Positions 59,921-64,000 of a DNA stretch of 64,000 bases are shown piece by piece. How positions within the stretch are numbered: position 1 is the first letter of the stretch; the number at the start of each line of letters is the position of its first letter. The translations under genes were made by a program, and so were the position numbers. The notes under the pieces were generated by a model. It did not search any database, was not told the DNA's origin, and saw only the letters and a list, made by a program, of their open reading frames with translations. The DNA is from an uncultured Acidobacteriota bacterium. Lineage in GTDB: Bacteria; Acidobacteriota; Vicinamibacteria; Vicinamibacterales; UBA2999. Where the stretch lies: the NCBI GenBank assembly GCA_963802675.1, contig CAWDJL010000006.1:322015-386014 (forward strand), read 5' to 3'.

Positions 59921-61324
59921 CTATTTCTTCGCCGCCAGATCAACCACGGCGTCGTAATGGAACCGCACGAATCGATGGAGTTCGGTCTCGAGGATGCGCT
60001 CCTGATCGCTGTGCGCGCCAAACCCCTTGGGACCATCCTCGACGTCGGTGGCGGGTCCGATGCCATAGCAGTGGATGCCTTTCGCGCGCAGGTACGCCAT
60101 ATCCGTCGCCCCAGTGCTCATCGTCGGAAGCGTGATCGCCTTGTAGTGCTTCGTGATGTTGGCCTCGAGGGCGGCAAACGCTTCTGTATTCAACCGGGTT
60201 GTTCCGGCGGGGCGCACGTCCCGAGCCGTGAAGGCGACTTCAACCGCAGGGTCATTGACGATTGTCTTGACCTGTTCCAGAAATGCCTGCGGATCCTCAT
60301 CGGGCAGCATTCGCACGTCGAGCGTCGCCGTCGCGTCGGATGGGATGACGTTGACGCGATAGCCTCCCGTGAACATATTTGGCGACACCGAGGTTCGCAG
60401 CATCGACGCGTGACGCGGTTCGTGCTCACGGAAGTACTCGTCGGCCGCGCCGCTCACTTTCGGGTCGGGGCTGAGCGCATTGCGATAGCGCTCCGCTTCT
60501 TCCGGCGACGAGATCGACGCCAGCCGCTTGAAGTACGCGCCCGTGGTCTCGTTTGGTCTGATGGGCGGGACCCACTTGCCGACCTTTGCGACGGCATCGG
60601 ACAAGTGCACGATGGAGTTGGTTTGCAGGGGAACCGAGCCGTGGCCCGCGACACCGCGCGCGGTGAGCTGGATCGCGCGCGGAATTTTCTCCAACGTCTG
60701 CACCGACGCAAACTTCACCTGGCCGGCTTGACGAGAGACGCCGCCACCTTCGGCGTAACAGAACTCGGCCTCGATGGTGGGGAAGTGCTGATTGGCCATG
60801 AACTGAATCCCGACGCGCGTCGTCCCTTCCTCGCCGGCTTCGAAGAGCGCGATCACGTCCCGGTCGAGCGCAACGTTCTGCCGCTTCAAGATCAGGAGCG
60901 CCATCAGCACAGCCGTCACGTTGTCTTTGTCATCGACCGTGCCTCGTGCGTAGACATACCCGCTCTCGCGGGTCGCCGAAAACGGCGGATGCGTCCACTT
61001 CTTCGGGTCCACATTGACGACATCGGTGTGAGCCATCAACAGGAGTGGTCGCTTGCTGCCGTTGCCTTTCAGCCGCGCAACCACGTTCGGGCGATGAGGC
61101 TCGAGAGCAAGCACCTGTGCCGGAATGCCTTCTTGGTCGAGCACCTGCTTGAGGTAGTCGGCCGCCGGTTTCTCGCCTCCCGGCGGGTCGCTGGTGTCGA
61201 AGCGCAACAGCGCCTGAAAGTGGCGCATGGTCTCGTCTTCGAGCTTGGCCCAGTCCGGCGACGCGGGAGCCTGCGCGCCGAGCGTGACGGTGGTGATGAC
61301 GAAGACAATGGTGGCTCGTCGCAT
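59921..61324 (-). CDS. M20/M25/M40 family metallohydrolase with a signal peptide
   Basis: LLLMAHTDVV..YARGTVDDKDNV..FEAGEEG..HS. The signal is MRRATIVFVITTVTLGAQA. Confidence 0.9.
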   Translation of the reverse strand: MRRATIVFVITTVTLGAQAPASPDWAKLEDETMRHFQALLRFDTSDPPGGEKPAADYLKQVLDQEGIPAQVLALEPHRPNVVARLKGNGSKRPLLLMAHTDVVNVDPKKWTHPPFSATRESGYVYARGTVDDKDNVTAVLMALLILKRQNVALDRDVIALFEAGEEGTTRVGIQFMANQHFPTIEAEFCYAEGGGVSRQAGQVKFASVQTLEKIPRAIQLTARGVAGHGSVPLQTNSIVHLSDAVAKVGKWVPPIRPNETTGAYFKRLASISSPEEAERYRNALSPDPKVSGAADEYFREHEPRHASMLRTSVSPNMFTGGYRVNVIPSDATATLDVRMLPDEDPQAFLEQVKTIVNDPAVEVAFTARDVRPAGTTRLNTEAFAALEANITKHYKAITLPTMSTGATDMAYLRAKGIHCYGIGPATDVEDGPKGFGAHSDQERILETELHRFVRFHYDAVVDLAAKK

Positions 61325-61399
61325 GGCGGGATGGTAGCAGAAGCAGGTGCCTGGGTTCGCACCTGTCGCACCCGTCGGGCGCCGCCGTTATGATGTGCC

Positions 61400-62548
61400 G
61401 TGCATCGACGAGCGCTCCTGAGAGATGGCGGCATGGCGCTCATGGCGCTGGCCTTGACTGGCTGTGCCACCCGCCGAACGGCGCCTCACGTGGCGACGGC
61501 GCGCCAGCCACTGCGGCTCGCGCCCGTTCGAGTCTCCTGGGACCGGGTCATTCGCGCGACGGTAGGGCTGCGGCCGCATCGTCCTTCCGGATTTGTTCTC
61601 CGCGCAGAAAAGCTCGGCGCCAAGACGCTGATTCACAACTACGGGCACGGTGGGGCCGGAATGTCCTTGTCCTGGGGCACGGGGCAAATGGCGTCCGAGA
61701 TGGCGCTCGAGCAGGGTGATCGTCGGGCGGCCGTGCTCGGATCCGGAGTCGTGGGGCTGACGACGGCTCGTCAGCTGCAGCGCCGCGGGTTCGACGTGAC
61801 GATTTACGCCGCGGCTGTGCCTCCTGACACGACATCGAACATGTCGCTGGCGGGCTTCACGCCGACCTCAGGCCTGGTGTCGTTTGCGCAGCGCACGCCG
61901 GAATGGGATGCGCAGTTCCGTCGCGCCGTCGAGATCGCGTATCGTCAGCTTCAACTGCTGGCCGGTCCGAAGTACGGCATCTCGTGGATCTACAACTACT
62001 CGCCCACCGAGCAGCAGGAATCGGCACGCGGCACCAACGAACTGCTGCCCGACTCGGTACGGACAGGATCAGTCGTCCTGGGTCCGGGCGAACATCCGTT
62101 TCCTTCGACTTATGCCATCGAGCGTCCCGAGATGCGCATCGAGCCCTCGATCTATCTCGACGCGCTCGTGCAGGACGTCGTGGCTCACGGGGGCAGAATC
62201 AAGATCCGAACGTTCGAAACGCCTCGCGACGTCGCGGCTCTCGACGAAGCGGTCGTCGTCAATTGCACCGGCCTCGGGGCAAAGGCGTTGTTCGGCGATC
62301 CGGAACTGATCCCCCTGAAGGGTCAGTTGATCGTCTTGATTCCGCAAGATGAAGTGAACTACAGCACGAACGGTGGGGTCATGAATTCACCCCCCGGGGC
62401 CTTTGTTCACATGATGCCTCGACGGGACGGCATCATCCTGGGCGGCACCTCAGAGCGCGACGTGTGGACAACGGAGATCAACGACGTCGAGCGCAAGCGC
62501 GTCGTCGAAGGCCACAGGCAGCTGTTCGACAGCATGCGACGCTCCTAG
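61400..62548 (+). CDS. D-amino-acid-oxidase-like FAD oxidoreductase, Tat/lipoprotein signal, apparently circularly permuted
   Basis: GTG start. MHRRALLRDGGMALMALALTGC, then VGLRPHRPSGFVLRAE..LIHNYGHGGAGMSLSWG (normally the DAO C-terminus), then AAVLGSGVVGLTTARQL (normally the N-terminal Rossmann motif) ..VVNCTGLGA..IILGGTSE..EGHRQLFDSMRRS*. Confidence 0.85.
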   Translation: MHRRALLRDGGMALMALALTGCATRRTAPHVATARQPLRLAPVRVSWDRVIRATVGLRPHRPSGFVLRAEKLGAKTLIHNYGHGGAGMSLSWGTGQMASEMALEQGDRRAAVLGSGVVGLTTARQLQRRGFDVTIYAAAVPPDTTSNMSLAGFTPTSGLVSFAQRTPEWDAQFRRAVEIAYRQLQLLAGPKYGISWIYNYSPTEQQESARGTNELLPDSVRTGSVVLGPGEHPFPSTYAIERPEMRIEPSIYLDALVQDVVAHGGRIKIRTFETPRDVAALDEAVVVNCTGLGAKALFGDPELIPLKGQLIVLIPQDEVNYSTNGGVMNSPPGAFVHMMPRRDGIILGGTSERDVWTTEINDVERKRVVEGHRQLFDSMRRS

Positions 62549-62565
62549 GACTGCTCACGCAGCAG

Positions 62566-62760
62566 TAGGACTCGCCCCTTTGGCGCTCGTAGGGCTCGGC
62601 GGCTTCGCCGCCTCGTGCGGGCCGCGGCCGTTCGGCCGCGGCTTTCGATTGCGTCGACGGTACTTCCCAGCGCGGGCCGCACGGCCCGCGCCCCCCCGAG
62701 GCGCGCAGCGCCGAGTCCGACGAGCGCCGAAGGCGCGAGTCTCACGAGCGAAGCGAGTCC
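62566..62760. repeat. ~195-bp imperfect long palindrome with two perfect internal 10-bp hairpins between convergent genes
   Basis: Outer pairs: GGACTCGC (62568-62575) with GCGAGTCC (62753-62760), and GGCGCTCGT (62582-62590) with ACGAGCGCC (62720-62728). Inner hairpins: GCCGCGGCCG-TT-CGGCCGCGGC (62621-62642) and GCGCGGGCCG-CA-CGGCCCGCGC (62670-62691). Confidence 0.85.
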
Positions 62761-62763
62761 TTC

Positions 62764-63729
62764 TTAGAACCAGTTGGCCTTCCTGAATCTATAGATCAAA
62801 TACAAATCCGCCAGCACCATCGACCCCAGCGCGAGCGGGTAGCCCCACGGCATGCGCAGCTCGGGCATATGGTCGAAGTTCATTCCGTAGATTCCAGCGA
62901 TCAACGTCGGCACGGCGATGAGCGACGCGTATGCCGCCAGTCGCTTGACAACCTCGTTCTCCTGCAACGTGATCAGCGACAAGTTGACCGACATCGCTGT
63001 TGACACCATGTCGCGAAGGTTCTCGATCGACTGCTGCAGCCTCGCCAGATGGTCATGAACATCGCGGAAATAGTCCTGCAAGTTGAAGCACGTCGGCGGC
63101 ACACGACCACCATGTAGCTTGCCCGTCACCTCGAGCAGCGGGACGCTGGCGTGCTCGAGGGTCATCACTTTCCGCTTGAGTCCGTACAAGGCCTCGACGT
63201 TTGCTCGGGTGGTCTGGCCGGCAAAGATGCGCTCTTCGACTTGTTCGATTTCTTCGGTGAGCGCGTCGAGCACGGGAAAGTAACGATCGACGACCGCGTC
63301 CATGAGGGCATACAGAACATAGGCAGGCCCGTGCTTCAGCAGCTCAGGCTCCTCCTCGCAGCGACGACGCACGTCGACAAAGCCGCGTTCGACACCGCGA
63401 CGGGTGGTAATCACGTAGTTTCGACCCACAAAGACCGAAACCTCGCCGGTCCTGAGGTCATCATCTGCCGCCTCGACGGGGTGCATCACCACGAAGAGCG
63501 ACTGCGCGTACTCCTCGATCTTCGGTCGCTGATGGCCGTGCTGCGCGTCTTCGACCGCCAACTCGTGAAGGGTGAACTCCAGTTGCAGCGCCTCGAATTC
63601 GGCCGTCTCTGGATCTTTCAGGGCCACCCAGACAAAACACCCAGGTCGACTCGTGTACGAACGAATCTCGCTGACTTGGATGTCAGCCAGCTTCTGACCG
63701 TCCTGGTAGGCGACGCAATTGACAAGCAT
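62764..63729 (-). CDS. corA: CorA magnesium/cobalt transporter
   Basis: 321-aa ORF with the GMN motif in GIYGMNFDHMPEL and two C-terminal TM helices. Confidence 0.95.
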   Translation of the reverse strand: MLVNCVAYQDGQKLADIQVSEIRSYTSRPGCFVWVALKDPETAEFEALQLEFTLHELAVEDAQHGHQRPKIEEYAQSLFVVMHPVEAADDDLRTGEVSVFVGRNYVITTRRGVERGFVDVRRRCEEEPELLKHGPAYVLYALMDAVVDRYFPVLDALTEEIEQVEERIFAGQTTRANVEALYGLKRKVMTLEHASVPLLEVTGKLHGGRVPPTCFNLQDYFRDVHDHLARLQQSIENLRDMVSTAMSVNLSLITLQENEVVKRLAAYASLIAVPTLIAGIYGMNFDHMPELRMPWGYPLALGSMVLADLYLIYRFRKANWF

Positions 63730-63750
63730 GCAGAGAGTCGCTTCGCTCCT

Positions 63751-63778
63751 CGGTTGCCGGTTGCAACTGGCAACTATC
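63751..63778. repeat. heptamer tandem block CGGTTGC CGGTTGC AACTGGC AACTATC
   Basis: Read directly, 22 nt upstream of the corA start (minus strand). Confidence 0.85.
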
Positions 63779-63923
63779 CTACGCGGTCTCGATTAGTTTC
63801 GAAGGGCGTCGGACGGCGTGAGCCTCAAGGCGCGGCGGGCGGGGACCCAGGTTGCGACCAGGCCAGCGGCAAGCCTGACGGCACCAATGACCGGCAGCTC
63901 CAGCGGGCCACTGTCGATCACGG

Positions 63924-63960
63924 ACCACCGGATCACTGACCACCGACCACCGACCACAGA
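63924..63960. repeat. heptamer tandem block ACCACCG GATCACT GACCACC GACCACC GACCACA
   Basis: Read directly. It abuts a minus-strand stop (CTA at 63961-63963) of a gene that continues off the window. Confidence 0.85.
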
Positions 63961-64000
63961 CTATTGCGCTCCGCCGGCTCTCAAAAAGCCCACGGCATCA

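Noticed and set aside
63961-64000. A partial minus-strand gene end (..DAVGFLRAGGAQ*).
   Set aside because: Only 13 codons are visible, which is too little to call a product.

Overview
GC-rich bacterial chromosomal segment with about 55 protein-coding genes. I saw no rRNA, tRNA, CRISPR array, integrase or prophage. The gene content suggests an Acidobacteriota-like soil organism, but this is inference from reading the translations, not a search. That content includes acidobacterial-type VWA proteins, a PEGA protein, an FtsX/ADOP permease remnant, an ECF sigma plus Ser/Thr kinase pair, and many secreted peptidases (M14, M20, M42, S9, HtpX).

The coding content is mostly ordinary: redox enzymes, CoA metabolism, two-component systems, and transporters such as PnuC and CorA.

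The unusual signals are:
1. A REP hairpin family (core GGGGACAGGCCCC) at five loci, two of which flank a REP-associated tyrosine transposase (RAYT) gene in inverted orientation.
2. Blocks of 7-8 bp tandem repeats in most 3' spacers, often as inverted arms around a GC hairpin. The same repeat words recur at distant loci, including a 28-bp inverted pair 4 kb apart.
3. At least 13 reading-frame breaks in 9 conserved genes, mostly at short homopolymer or CG runs. Assembly indels are the likeliest cause, and some may be real gene decay.
4. A Tat/lipoprotein-signal D-amino-acid-oxidase-like flavoprotein whose canonical C-terminal segment sits at the N-terminus, an apparent circular permutation.
5. 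A 1187-aa fusion of a Cas4/RecB-like nuclease, an RNase-H-like domain and an SF1 helicase.
6. A secreted tandem M42 peptidase whose first copy has lost every metal ligand.
7. Three tandem STAS anti-sigma-antagonist paralogues.
8. A translationally coupled minus-strand operon: GT-C membrane protein, 849-aa unknown protein and two VWA proteins.

All calls come from by-eye translation and motif recognition. No database search or folding computation was run.
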